DNA of 64,000 nucleotides from a virus, in IMG/VR virus record IMGVR_UViG_3300048573_000442. One strand, given 5' to 3'. Positions 10,946 to 20,113 of this stretch are shown piece by piece. Each line of letters opens with the position of its first letter. Position 1 is the first letter of the stretch. A program made the position numbers and the translations under genes. Below the pieces are notes generated by a model. It had not been told where the DNA came from. It did no database searches and was given only the letters and a program-made list of their open reading frames with translations.

Positions 10946-13115
10946 TACAAAAATACTACCAAAAACGCAGTCGCATACTGAAGCTTTAATAGGATACGTG
11001 CTTGACGCAAAGCCCTACCACGTAAAATTGGCAGGTATAACAGAGCGGTATGATATTGGCGATGAAGTGGCCGTTAAGGTGCTTGATAGTATGATTTCTA
11101 AAATCTTCGTCGGCGCCGATACCATTGATCCCAATGATTCAAGTATTTCGAACACTAGGCAAAGACAGCGTTCAAATTCTTGGTGGAAGCATCTTGCATC
11201 AGATGCTAGCACAAGAACGTGGCAAATACCGACAGTGGGGTCCCATAAGTTCGAGAGCGAACTTGCTCAGCAAACGTTAATAGCCGGAATAGACAGTGTA
11301 GCTTCCATTCCAGGCATAGAAAATACATCGTCCTTCGTGTTCAAGAAAAGAAGGCATGATGGTCCATCTATTTGCGATGTTAGGAAAATGGGTATCCAGC
11401 AACAAGAAGGCGTCGATTATTTTCTTTCTGACGGATCGCTGTCATTTACTGTTGAAGCAGACGGAACTTGGTTGGAAAACTTTTTGCCTTCAGGAACCCC
11501 TAGGAACTCTGGAGCCCCAGAATACGCAGACCTTATAAAGACCAGTGTGTCCATAACGAACATCACTGGCGGGAATAATGATTCTTGGACCCTAACGTGT
11601 ACGAATGAAACTACCGGGGAATTAAGCGTTGTAGGAAAGTATTCCGGCAATATCGGAAGCGCAGTGTTAGGAACTCCATTTACGCATGCATTGCTGCAAT
11701 TCGATTATCCCATTGGGTTTTTAGCTCTTGGCGACAAGGTTACTATAAGCCCGAAGAATAAATTTATTACTACTTCTGTATCAACTCCGCAAACTTGGAC
11801 AATCATCAAAACCAATCCTTTGGCTGTCATGTCTAAGGCAGTATTTACTGGTGCAAGCGGGACCCCAATACGCCAACCTTCTGTTCATATTCATACTCGC
11901 TCTTTAGCACGAGCTAGCTCGTCTGCAACTTGGCGCATAGAATTTACTTCGCCATCAGTTTTTAACTTAGTTAAGACCGGGACCAGCCCATCAACGGTAG
12001 TAGGTATCGATCTTAGAGATGGGTGTTCATTTAAAAATTCGGAAATACATTTCACCATTCAGCCACCAGAAGAAGGTTTTTTTGCCGGTGATGCGTTTCA
12101 ATTTTCTACAGAACCCTCTGTTGGGGAATATTTGGTATTTGGCAGTGTATCTGGGTGGAAACAACCTGCAAAAAATGGCGAATGGTATTGGAACGGTGAA
12201 ATCGGATTTAAAATCCCAAAGCTAAACTACTTTGTAAAACCGGAAGCCTCTGACTGGGATGCATTAGATATTCTATCCCAGGAAAATTGGTTTATTCCCG
12301 TAAAAGACGTTCATTCGTCAGCGGTACCATCTGTTTACACAATAACTTTCCAACCTCCAGTCCTTCCCTCAACTACCGTTACGCATGCGACAGTCTATAA
12401 TAACATTTATGGATACCGAGCTGGTCTGACAATTGGTCAAACTTGGGAAGATGAATTCTGTTCTTTTATTGTGTCGCCATCAACAGTGAGCGCAGGAGAA
12501 AAATTTCAGGTATTTTTAACAGAGCCATCGGTTTCAGTAGTTTCCGCTGGGTATGACGAACTTGGCTTTGAACAGACCCTGTATGATATGGGGATTGTGG
12601 ACGCAGCAACACCAGTAAATCTACTACAGGCAAAATACCCTCTGCCAGACAATCATGGCAGTGTGATTTTTAAAACGGGCTGCTTTTTAGGTGACGAAGT
12701 TATTATTAACATTTCATTACTGGATTTATTTCGCTTGCGCATAGACAGCTCAACATCGGCATTTCCTGAACTTGCTGCGGCAGATGATTGGATTCCCTTA
12801 GAATTCAGATATTTTGACAGGCCAACCAGTAGCGCAACTGCATACGACGGGGAAACCGCCCATTTTCCAGACGCTTCTATAGCTATAGAAGCTTACTTGT
12901 GTTCGGACCCGACAATCAAAGTGCTAACCGTTAATCAACCCAGATACCAATGTTCATCTAGAAACAGCGCTGCAACGGTAACATTTGACCCGACATTCTT
13001 TTCAAAGTACTTAAAATTTGGAGCAAGATTTTCCTTACGAGTTGACCAGGATACGTCATCTGGGCAAAGAGCAAGCGTTTCTGTAACTGAAAGCCTGTCT
13101 ATACAAATTATCTAA
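10932..13115 (+). CDS. Virion structural protein (baseplate region)
   Basis: Long beta-rich ORF in the structural block. The likely start is ATG 10932 (MSNINTK), overlapping the end of the upstream gene. Confidence 0.55.
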   Translation: MSNINTKILPKTQSHTEALIGYVLDAKPYHVKLAGITERYDIGDEVAVKVLDSMISKIFVGADTIDPNDSSISNTRQRQRSNSWWKHLASDASTRTWQIPTVGSHKFESELAQQTLIAGIDSVASIPGIENTSSFVFKKRRHDGPSICDVRKMGIQQQEGVDYFLSDGSLSFTVEADGTWLENFLPSGTPRNSGAPEYADLIKTSVSITNITGGNNDSWTLTCTNETTGELSVVGKYSGNIGSAVLGTPFTHALLQFDYPIGFLALGDKVTISPKNKFITTSVSTPQTWTIIKTNPLAVMSKAVFTGASGTPIRQPSVHIHTRSLARASSSATWRIEFTSPSVFNLVKTGTSPSTVVGIDLRDGCSFKNSEIHFTIQPPEEGFFAGDAFQFSTEPSVGEYLVFGSVSGWKQPAKNGEWYWNGEIGFKIPKLNYFVKPEASDWDALDILSQENWFIPVKDVHSSAVPSVYTITFQPPVLPSTTVTHATVYNNIYGYRAGLTIGQTWEDEFCSFIVSPSTVSAGEKFQVFLTEPSVSVVSAGYDELGFEQTLYDMGIVDAATPVNLLQAKYPLPDNHGSVIFKTGCFLGDEVIINISLLDLFRLRIDSSTSAFPELAAADDWIPLEFRYFDRPTSSATAYDGETAHFPDASIAIEAYLCSDPTIKVLTVNQPRYQCSSRNSAATVTFDPTFFSKYLKFGARFSLRVDQDTSSGQRASVSVTESLSIQII

Positions 13116-13127
13116 TGCAGTCAAGCC

Positions 13128-13134
13128 ATAAATA
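13128..13134 (+). promoter_or_regulatory. Late promoter core ATAAATA
   Basis: Intergenic, 32 nt upstream of ATG 13166. Confidence 0.65.
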
Positions 13135-13165
13135 GTAATAATTCAACATACGGGAATTTAAAGAA

Positions 13166-13759
13166 ATGTCATTAGATCAAATTCAAACGCGAATCAGCGG
13201 CCATGTCAAAATTGTAGATCGAATTACTAACGATGTAGTTCTAGATAAGAAGAATGCGATTCATTCTCGCAACCTCGCAATTGCTTTGGCCCGTGGATTG
13301 TCAAATGAGCCAGCAGATACATTAAATCGTGGCAAATACCAAATTTTTAAAATAAAGCTTGGTAATGGCGGAACCTATATAAACTCCTCAAATGAGATTA
13401 CTTATTTGGCACCGAATGTTACTGGAACCAATAGTAATCTTTGGTCACCAACATATGAAGAGCTTGTGGATCGAGCAGATGTTTCTACCCCTTCTGAAAA
13501 CTCCGTTACATACCAAGAGAATCCTACACCAGGGAGTTCTGTCATCATTGTGGTAACAGCTACGATTGGTGCTGGCGAACCATCTGGGCAATTAGTTTCG
13601 GATACTCCAGGGCAACTCAATTCCCAATTTGCGTTTGATGAATTGGGTCTATTCACATCGGATGACCTCCTGTTATCACATTTGGTTTTTGCTCCTATTT
13701 TAAAAACTTCAACTCGCGAATTAGTTCTAACCTATACCCTGACATTATCAGTTGAATAA
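13166..13759 (+). CDS. Virion structural protein (jumbo-phage baseplate/tail family)
   Basis: Motifs KKNAIH, FDELGLF and LLSHLVFAPILKT..R.L.L.YTL are typical of large-myophage structural proteins. Confidence 0.55.
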   Translation: MSLDQIQTRISGHVKIVDRITNDVVLDKKNAIHSRNLAIALARGLSNEPADTLNRGKYQIFKIKLGNGGTYINSSNEITYLAPNVTGTNSNLWSPTYEELVDRADVSTPSENSVTYQENPTPGSSVIIVVTATIGAGEPSGQLVSDTPGQLNSQFAFDELGLFTSDDLLLSHLVFAPILKTSTRELVLTYTLTLSVE

Positions 13760-13773
13760 TTATGCGTTAACGG

Positions 13774-13780
13774 ATAAATA
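13774..13780 (+). promoter_or_regulatory. Late promoter core ATAAATA heading the lysis genes
   Basis: Intergenic, upstream of GGAG RBS and ATG 13815. Confidence 0.6.
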
Positions 13781-13814
13781 GTGTCATTGATTATGAATAA
13801 CGGAGATATATGCT

Positions 13815-14042
13815 ATGACACGGGACCTGGAAACACATGACATTGTTTTGGCTGCGGCACTTAAAACTTTAGGGTATCAACTAAGTACCATCGAAAAAAT
13901 CGGTAATAGGGGCATTTTCCATTTTTCTGATGTGGATTCTTCAGCTATAACAGATTATGATTTAGGTCGACTTTTAGTTGAACCAGCAACATTTAATGCG
14001 GCAATAAAGTCCTTGACAACTGCGAGCCGGAGGACTTTATGA
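13815..14042 (+). CDS. Small conserved phage protein (DUF5659-like)
   Basis: 75 aa with T.DIVLAAAL...GY.L pattern; GGAG RBS upstream. Confidence 0.45.
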   Translation: MTRDLETHDIVLAAALKTLGYQLSTIEKIGNRGIFHFSDVDSSAITDYDLGRLLVEPATFNAAIKSLTTASRRTL

Positions 14043-14446
14043 TTAAATTATGGTCCCTTATTGGCGCAGTTATGATTTCTGCAATTTGGTTTAAAATTAG
14101 CGGGCTCAATGGCGAGATCACGACTTTGAACCGCGAAATAGAAAAACTTACAATTACTAATGTAATTCTGCAGCAAAATAACTCTGCGCTTTCTAGTAAT
14201 ATCAAACTTTTTAGCGAAGCAGATTCCGTGAATAGAGCCACCATATCAGCTCTGCAAAAAGAACGGTCAGAATCATTTATTGCAATAGAGCGTTTAGCCA
14301 ATGCCAAACGGCAAGATGTTAAGCAGTTGGATGCAGTTGTCAATAAGATTGAAGCTTCTAGAATAGACCCCACGACTGATGGGCCAATAGCCCCAGTTCT
14401 TAAAGAAGCAATTCGCGAAGTTCAGCACCTAAGGAAATCGCAATGA
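14039..14446 (+). CDS. Rz: Inner-membrane spanin (Rz-like)
   Basis: N-terminal TM helix followed by a long coiled coil; ATGA overlap with the downstream lipoprotein. Confidence 0.7.
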   Translation: MIKLWSLIGAVMISAIWFKISGLNGEITTLNREIEKLTITNVILQQNNSALSSNIKLFSEADSVNRATISALQKERSESFIAIERLANAKRQDVKQLDAVVNKIEASRIDPTTDGPIAPVLKEAIREVQHLRKSQ

Positions 14447-14733
14447 AATTCTCACTACTAATAGTAAGTTTATTACTTAGCGGTTGCTTTGCAACTGTAG
14501 AGCCACTCCCACCTATAGAACCCGTTGTTGTTGAAAAATATGTGTACCTTATTAAGGTTCCTCCAGCAGAAACGATGACGCTTCCTGAACCAGTTTCCGA
14601 ACTTGATGTGGATGCAGCAACACAAGCTGATGTGGCAAATTGGATTGTTAGCAATGAAAAGTACGCGAACGAGTTGAAGCTAAAGCTAATTGAAATTGCA
14701 AATTTCTTTAAGCGTGAGAAACACACTCAGTGA
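14443..14733 (+). CDS. Rz1: Outer-membrane spanin lipoprotein (Rz1-like)
   Basis: Signal peptide with lipobox LSGC (Cys15) and a Pro-rich mature region, directly after the i-spanin. Confidence 0.72.
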   Translation: MKFSLLIVSLLLSGCFATVEPLPPIEPVVVEKYVYLIKVPPAETMTLPEPVSELDVDAATQADVANWIVSNEKYANELKLKLIEIANFFKREKHTQ

Positions 14734-14743
14734 GAATTAAATA

Positions 14744-16375
14744 ATGTCTTGTGGATGTAAGCAGCCTGATAAAACACCTCTTTGGGAACCTGTGCCGTCG
14801 TTCAAGGCAACGACTTCTTATAATAGTCATTACCCGCTTCCGGGAGAAAATATCGACTGTTTTGTTAAACGGGCTCCTGAGGCGGCAAAAAACGATGTTG
14901 CCGAAAAGATAATCAATAAAATTGATAACACGTCACTTACCTCTGATACAGAAGGCGTAGTAAATCAGCAGTTCAAGTTGACGCCTGGTTCAACACAAAC
15001 CGTTCAGACATGGCGAATTTGGACTGATGGCGAACCAGAAGCCCCACAAGGATTATCATTTAATACTTCAACCGGATTGTTATCTGGAACGGTCCCAGTC
15101 GACAAGCGCAACGTCAACTATAAGGTTGAAATAAAAGCCTTTGAAAGCGATACAGTTCTTATAGACTCAAGGCAATTTAATTTCTTCCCAAAGCTTGCTG
15201 CTAAGGGAGAAGATGTTAAATTTGTTTGGCCTATGAACCCTAAGGGAAGGGTCACATCAAGTTTTGGCCCAAGAAGACCGCCCGCAGATGGTGCAAGCTC
15301 AGTTCATAAGGCTATAGATATTTCTCTGCCAGGTTCAGATTTAGGTGATATTCTGTCTGCAGCTGATGGGGTTGTAGTAAAGGCTGGTCCGGCACGTGGT
15401 TACGGGAATAGGGTTGTCATTGAGCATCGAGACGCAAACAATAAATTGGTTGCAACCACTTTATATGCGCACATGAATGAGTTTTATGTTACTGTAGGTC
15501 AAAGAGTATCTGCTGGCCAGAAGATAGCCAAAGAGGGTAATGCGGGAATAGGTTCTGGTGCCCATTTGCATTTTGAGTTGCATCGTGGCGCGTTCGGAAA
15601 CCCTGTTGATCCATTACCATACATCAACGGTAATCATATAGTCGCGCAAAATAATTTACCGGGAACAGAAGGAGAACCTGACCCGGCATCTTTTGCAGAA
15701 GTAGAAGTAACTAATTCGGCAATGACCGCGAAGGAATCAGCGAGCATTAAGTGTCCGGCTGAACTTCCAGGCCAATTCGGAACTACGCAACCTGGAGCTC
15801 TATCAGATCAGCCATCAAGTGAAGTTACTGGTGGGCAAGCATCTGATCAGTCTTCGACCGAACCGCCTTTAGTACCTTTGAGCTCAAATCCTACTATTGC
15901 GCAAGTACAGCAGGAAGTTCTTCGTGCTTTAAATGAAGACCCGTCATTGAATGATGCAGATAAAAAATATATGATGTTCTGCGCACAAATAGAAAGCGGC
16001 TTTAAAGCTGATGCATCAAACAGGGCTTCTTCTGCTAGAGGTCTTTATCAGATGCTTGATAAAACTGCTAATTCGTATTACACGAGAATCGGTTACCCCA
16101 ACCCAACCAACGAGCAGCGTAATGACCCATATCTTGCTACTAAAGCCGCAATTGAGTTTTACAAAAGGGAGCAAAAGCCATATTATCTCGAGTTCAAAGC
16201 AAATGGGACAATTGCCAATAAGCAATTGTCCCCAGAAGTTTCTGCTCGTTATCAAAATTTAACCCAGAGCGAATTTATTTACGGTCTTCTTCACCATGAC
16301 GGCGTTGGCAATGCAGTCAAAGGTAAAGATTTGCAGGGTGTGGATTATTTTCGCAGGCGCGTTCGTTCTGCCTAA
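14744..16375 (+). CDS. Modular lysin: Ig-like domain + M23 peptidase + lytic transglycosylase (SLT)
   Basis: Ig repeat (PQGLSFNTSTGLLSGT); M23 zinc motifs HKAID and HLH plus YAHM; C-terminal SLT motifs QIESG and ARGLYQM. Confidence 0.8.
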   Translation: MSCGCKQPDKTPLWEPVPSFKATTSYNSHYPLPGENIDCFVKRAPEAAKNDVAEKIINKIDNTSLTSDTEGVVNQQFKLTPGSTQTVQTWRIWTDGEPEAPQGLSFNTSTGLLSGTVPVDKRNVNYKVEIKAFESDTVLIDSRQFNFFPKLAAKGEDVKFVWPMNPKGRVTSSFGPRRPPADGASSVHKAIDISLPGSDLGDILSAADGVVVKAGPARGYGNRVVIEHRDANNKLVATTLYAHMNEFYVTVGQRVSAGQKIAKEGNAGIGSGAHLHFELHRGAFGNPVDPLPYINGNHIVAQNNLPGTEGEPDPASFAEVEVTNSAMTAKESASIKCPAELPGQFGTTQPGALSDQPSSEVTGGQASDQSSTEPPLVPLSSNPTIAQVQQEVLRALNEDPSLNDADKKYMMFCAQIESGFKADASNRASSARGLYQMLDKTANSYYTRIGYPNPTNEQRNDPYLATKAAIEFYKREQKPYYLEFKANGTIANKQLSPEVSARYQNLTQSEFIYGLLHHDGVGNAVKGKDLQGVDYFRRRVRSA

Positions 16376-17011
16376 TTACATAAACTCTGACAGCCAATCT
16401 TGCCAAGTCCCGGGGAAGTTCTGCGGTTGATAAAACCATTTCGCGTTATTCTTCTCCGAAATACAGGCATTAAGCTTTAGCTGATACATGTCTCCGAGGA
16501 AGACGTGTGAAATCACAGTGATAAAATGCGGACCTGCTGGGAATAGAACCAATGTGCCCCTCTGCGGGACCAAACTGAAGTTAAATGCTGGAAATTCCAT
16601 TTTCGCCCCATACACTTCATGTCTGACATCTAAAGGGACTTGGTCATTAAAATCCTTTAGCCATACGAACCCGACGAGATCGACGTCTTTGTGAACTACC
16701 CATTGCCGACGAAGAAACTTTGCGTTTTCACAACCTGGGCCTTGTGCAGGTGACTTAGGGTTTTCAGGAAAATATTGAAGTGTTGGCTTTTCTAACGCCT
16801 TATAAGAACAGTCGTATCGCTGTTCGATGTCAGGTATTAAGCACCTAAAACGCTCTGCGATTTCAGTATCAAAGGTTGAAATGTGACGTTCAGATTTTAC
16901 TGGGTCACCATTTCCATCAGTATCCGGAGTAATCACTTGGGCGGAATTAATAATTTTCTCGCACATCATTGGCGAAAGAAAATCATGTACGATTAAAAAG
17001 GGGCTTTTCAT
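16376..17011 (-). CDS. Prolyl-4-hydroxylase-fold (2OG-Fe(II)) protein, apparently lacking metal ligands
   Basis: P4H-like scaffold (PFLIVHDFLS..C, G..MEFP, PQRGTLVLFP), but GCEN and FITV occupy the expected HxD and distal His positions. Likely start is ATG 17011. Confidence 0.6.
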   Translation of the reverse strand: MKSPFLIVHDFLSPMMCEKIINSAQVITPDTDGNGDPVKSERHISTFDTEIAERFRCLIPDIEQRYDCSYKALEKPTLQYFPENPKSPAQGPGCENAKFLRRQWVVHKDVDLVGFVWLKDFNDQVPLDVRHEVYGAKMEFPAFNFSLVPQRGTLVLFPAGPHFITVISHVFLGDMYQLKLNACISEKNNAKWFYQPQNFPGTWQDWLSEFM

Positions 17012-17076
17012 ATGTGTATGGGTTCTATAGAATTTAATGAAGCGTGCTAGCAAGTTTGGAAAAATTCCAACACTAT

Positions 17077-17083
17077 TATTTAT
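17077..17083 (-). promoter_or_regulatory. Late promoter core ATAAATA
   Basis: Intergenic TATTTAT on + strand, upstream of the 17011 start. Confidence 0.5.
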
Positions 17084-17140
17084 TCAGATCTGCGGTCAGT
17101 AATGCTGCCAAAAAGGATTTCAGCAGCTAGATTTCCAGCT

Positions 17141-17845
17141 CTACCTTAATGTGATTCCGTCACTATTCGTATTTATGTGAGCCTGCAGCACTCTATCCAT
17201 TATACCGACTTCACGGGAAAGTTGACTAACTTCTTTTGATAGTTCTTTGTGATAGCTTCTGAATTCGGGAATTGCGGTTCTAGCAAATTCATCAACTTTT
17301 TCAACCTGTGACAACACACGGTGCATCACTTCTTGGCCGCGAAGAATATTCTCCCTGACTGAAGCGTACGCAGTTTCATTATGAGCCTCATGCGTAGATG
17401 CCTGTTTGGCTATATCAGCGAGTTGCGTATCAATCTGTCGCAGAATTGCATCATTATGGACGTCAAAAAGCTTTAGTTCCTGTTTTATGTTTTCAATATG
17501 AGCAGCAGCATTTAAAAACTCGTTTTCAACTTCCGCCTTAAGCGCGTTAATTTCTGTCGAATATCTAGAAAGGTTGCCATTTTGAATTTTTGCTCCCTCC
17601 TGCATAACCTCTAGAATAGAGATTATTTTTTGCTCTGATGCAACTAACTGTTCTATAACCAGTTTAATATCATCTGCTGAGTTGCCATTAAATACATTTG
17701 CAAGTCTGTTTAGTCCGCTTGTGTATTTTAGAAAATTTTTGATGACAAAAAATACTGCTGAACCGACAAGCGCTACTATTATAAGCAGCTCCGATGCAGA
17801 AGTATTTTCTATTAACTGTTTTAAAAGCCCAAATATGAATTCCAA
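17141..17845 (-). CDS. Membrane-anchored coiled-coil protein (holin candidate, unproven)
   Basis: Single N-terminal hydrophobic helix (LLIIVALVGSAVFFVI) followed by heptad-rich sequence; lies near the lysis genes. Confidence 0.35.
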   Translation of the reverse strand: MEFIFGLLKQLIENTSASELLIIVALVGSAVFFVIKNFLKYTSGLNRLANVFNGNSADDIKLVIEQLVASEQKIISILEVMQEGAKIQNGNLSRYSTEINALKAEVENEFLNAAAHIENIKQELKLFDVHNDAILRQIDTQLADIAKQASTHEAHNETAYASVRENILRGQEVMHRVLSQVEKVDEFARTAIPEFRSYHKELSKEVSQLSREVGIMDRVLQAHINTNSDGITLR

Positions 17846-17847
17846 GA

Positions 17848-18588
17848 TTAATCCTCGTGCGTGACCACGCTTTCTTCTTTAAGTGTGACCCCTAATGTTT
17901 GTGAAGCTTTATACAGTAAAGCGATGACTTCGTCTTTATCCTCTCCGCAGTCACTGTAAAACTTGACCTCATAAGTTTTATTAGGGACTATTTTTGCAAA
18001 AAATCTCAACCGTTTTATACACTGCTGAATGCATGCGCTACTATCACTCGGGAAATCAGCAATTGATATGAATTGTTTATTATCAGATAAAACGACATTA
18101 GCATTAAATTCATGCAGTGCAACAAGTATGTGCTGCAAATACTTGCTGATTAAGTCCGTTACTTCTGAAAATAGAACATCTATTTTTACACCCTTAAGCG
18201 CTAAGAATTTCTGCTCCATAAAACCACTCATGTAGGTATGTATTAGTTTTATGTATTTAAAGATGTATTTTGAGAATACTTCTGGGTGACTTTCCAAAAC
18301 AGACAAAATTACGCGCTGCTCATCTAGAAATGATGCTGAAAAAGATGATGTCAACTCGGCAGTTGCTGTATCTGTATGTGCAGCAACAGTTAAACAAATG
18401 CGTTCAGCTCTGAAAATCCATTGCGAAAATCTATCATATGCAAGTAAAACTGCTTCTCTAGAACTTTCATCAAAGCAGAGTTCTCGTCTAGTTAGCTGCC
18501 CGAATGAATGTGCCTGAATGCTCTTAAATTTACTAATGGCAGACGCAGACACAATTCTAAATAAAATATTATTGCGCTGGTACCTCAC
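17848..18588 (-). CDS. Hypothetical protein
   Basis: 246-aa ORF packed into the minus-strand gene run. Confidence 0.5.
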   Translation of the reverse strand: MRYQRNNILFRIVSASAISKFKSIQAHSFGQLTRRELCFDESSREAVLLAYDRFSQWIFRAERICLTVAAHTDTATAELTSSFSASFLDEQRVILSVLESHPEVFSKYIFKYIKLIHTYMSGFMEQKFLALKGVKIDVLFSEVTDLISKYLQHILVALHEFNANVVLSDNKQFISIADFPSDSSACIQQCIKRLRFFAKIVPNKTYEVKFYSDCGEDKDEVIALLYKASQTLGVTLKEESVVTHED

Positions 18589-19159
18589 TGCCGTCCCCCA
18601 TGTTAGTCAATTGGTCATAAAAAGTTTTTGCAAAGACAACGCATGATTCTTCATCTGCGCAATCCGTCAGAACAAATTCACAGCTTAAAACGTCTTCACC
18701 TATTTTGACGCTGAGTCGCAAATGCGACTGTGATGGCATCACGTATGACATTTCACCGATTTCAAACGATGTTTGATTCGCAGTCGTCGTTAACCCTTTA
18801 ACTGCAAGTTTATTGACTTCGGTTTCAGAACTCACGCAAAATGGTAAATCTACCGATAGATCCAAAATGGTGCAGGTTCCGACACATGCGTCTTCGCATT
18901 CAACGGGCGATTCATATGGAACTTCAGGTTCATCTGGCAGCTCAGGAAGTAAAACTTCAATCGGCGCACCTTCATTAGGCGCATTCTCGACTTCGTCTTG
19001 ATTTAGCGGTTCTGCAATTGGTTCCGAACTTGCCAACGACAATACCGGAATATGAATTGTTTTAACGTCTGTTTTTACTGAGCAGTTGCATTGCTCTAGG
19101 AACTTTAATAAGGCATCTATATCAAATGCGTCATCAAATTCGATAACAAGTGTATTCAT
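18569..19159 (-). CDS. Hypothetical acidic protein
   Basis: 196-aa ORF overlapping both neighbours. Confidence 0.5.
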   Translation of the reverse strand: MNTLVIEFDDAFDIDALLKFLEQCNCSVKTDVKTIHIPVLSLASSEPIAEPLNQDEVENAPNEGAPIEVLLPELPDEPEVPYESPVECEDACVGTCTILDLSVDLPFCVSSETEVNKLAVKGLTTTANQTSFEIGEMSYVMPSQSHLRLSVKIGEDVLSCEFVLTDCADEESCVVFAKTFYDQLTNMGDGSEVPAQ

Positions 19160-19395
19160 ACAAAATTCCTTTTATGTGGAATTCCTGCTAATTCTCTAAC
19201 ACGGGAATTAGACATTTTGTCTGATGGCTTTAATAGGGCAGCAGTCTTTCGGTGTTCAAGCATTGTCGCCTCGCGTTCAATATAATCAGCGATAACTGAT
19301 TCGATTGCTTCAGCATTAGGAGCACTCTTTCTAAGGTGCTCCTTTAATAACGTATGAATTTCTGAAGCTAATTCTCTCGCTTGTGATTTCTGCAT
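19156..19395 (-). CDS. Hypothetical protein
   Basis: 79-aa ORF with an RBS-like AGGCGG upstream and ATGA coupling. Confidence 0.5.
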   Translation of the reverse strand: MQKSQARELASEIHTLLKEHLRKSAPNAEAIESVIADYIEREATMLEHRKTAALLKPSDKMSNSRVRELAGIPHKRNFV

Positions 19396-19405
19396 TTTGC
19401 CGCCT

Positions 19406-20113
19406 TTAAATTGAAAGATTTGTGTAAAATTTATTTATTCTCTGCAATAAAGAATCATAGTATTTTTCTAAGTTGACGTTGAATTCTTGTGGAAACCCAT
19501 TCATGGAGGACATAATAATAACGCCGTCCACTATATTTGTTCCGAACATTTCATTGTGCATTATAGAATATGCTGCTAATTGTAGAAAATAATCCTCGAT
19601 ATCTTTTTTATGCTTTATACGCCTCGATGTCTTGAAATCAATAATGCATTCTTTGCCGTTGTAAATTCCAATGCAATCGCATCTTCCAGCGACTTGAATC
19701 GCATCAGAATACAGTGCGACTTCTTGCCCCCAAACTTCACTCACTTTTTTAAGTTTTAGTTTTAAGCCATTAAAAGATTTAATGGCGTCTTCGCTAAAAG
19801 TTTCGCCTTCATTAATGAGTTTCTCGCCGTTCAAAAATCTTTCAGCAAGCAGATGGACCGCAGTGCCTTTATCTGCTGCTTCTTTCGTAATCGAATCGGC
19901 TTCATCTCCCAAATTATTCTTCCACGCATTAAGGGAATCTATCTTTTCCTGAGACGCACTGTTACCGAGCACAGTTGTAATGGACGGATAGAAATTCCCT
20001 TTCAATGTTTCATAGACTCGAAGCCCAGAAACATTAGCGGAGGAAATATTAGGATAATCAAATTTTGGCATCGATAGGGGACTTGGCTGCAAATATGATC
20101 GTCTTCTCTTCAA
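19406..20113 (-). CDS. PD-(D/E)xK (Cas4/RecB-like) exonuclease
   Basis: Motifs YPSITTVL, GTAVH, AGRCD, IIDFKTS and QLAAY. Confidence 0.85.
   Translation of the reverse strand: MKRRRSYLQPSPLSMPKFDYPNISSANVSGLRVYETLKGNFYPSITTVLGNSASQEKIDSLNAWKNNLGDEADSITKEAADKGTAVHLLAERFLNGEKLINEGETFSEDAIKSFNGLKLKLKKVSEVWGQEVALYSDAIQVAGRCDCIGIYNGKECIIDFKTSRRIKHKKDIEDYFLQLAAYSIMHNEMFGTNIVDGVIIMSSMNGFPQEFNVNLEKYYDSLLQRINKFYTNLSI

Noticed and set aside
181-16262. Numerous short antisense or alternative-frame ORFs within the structural genes
   Set aside because: They are fully nested in long, well-supported ORFs and show no motifs.
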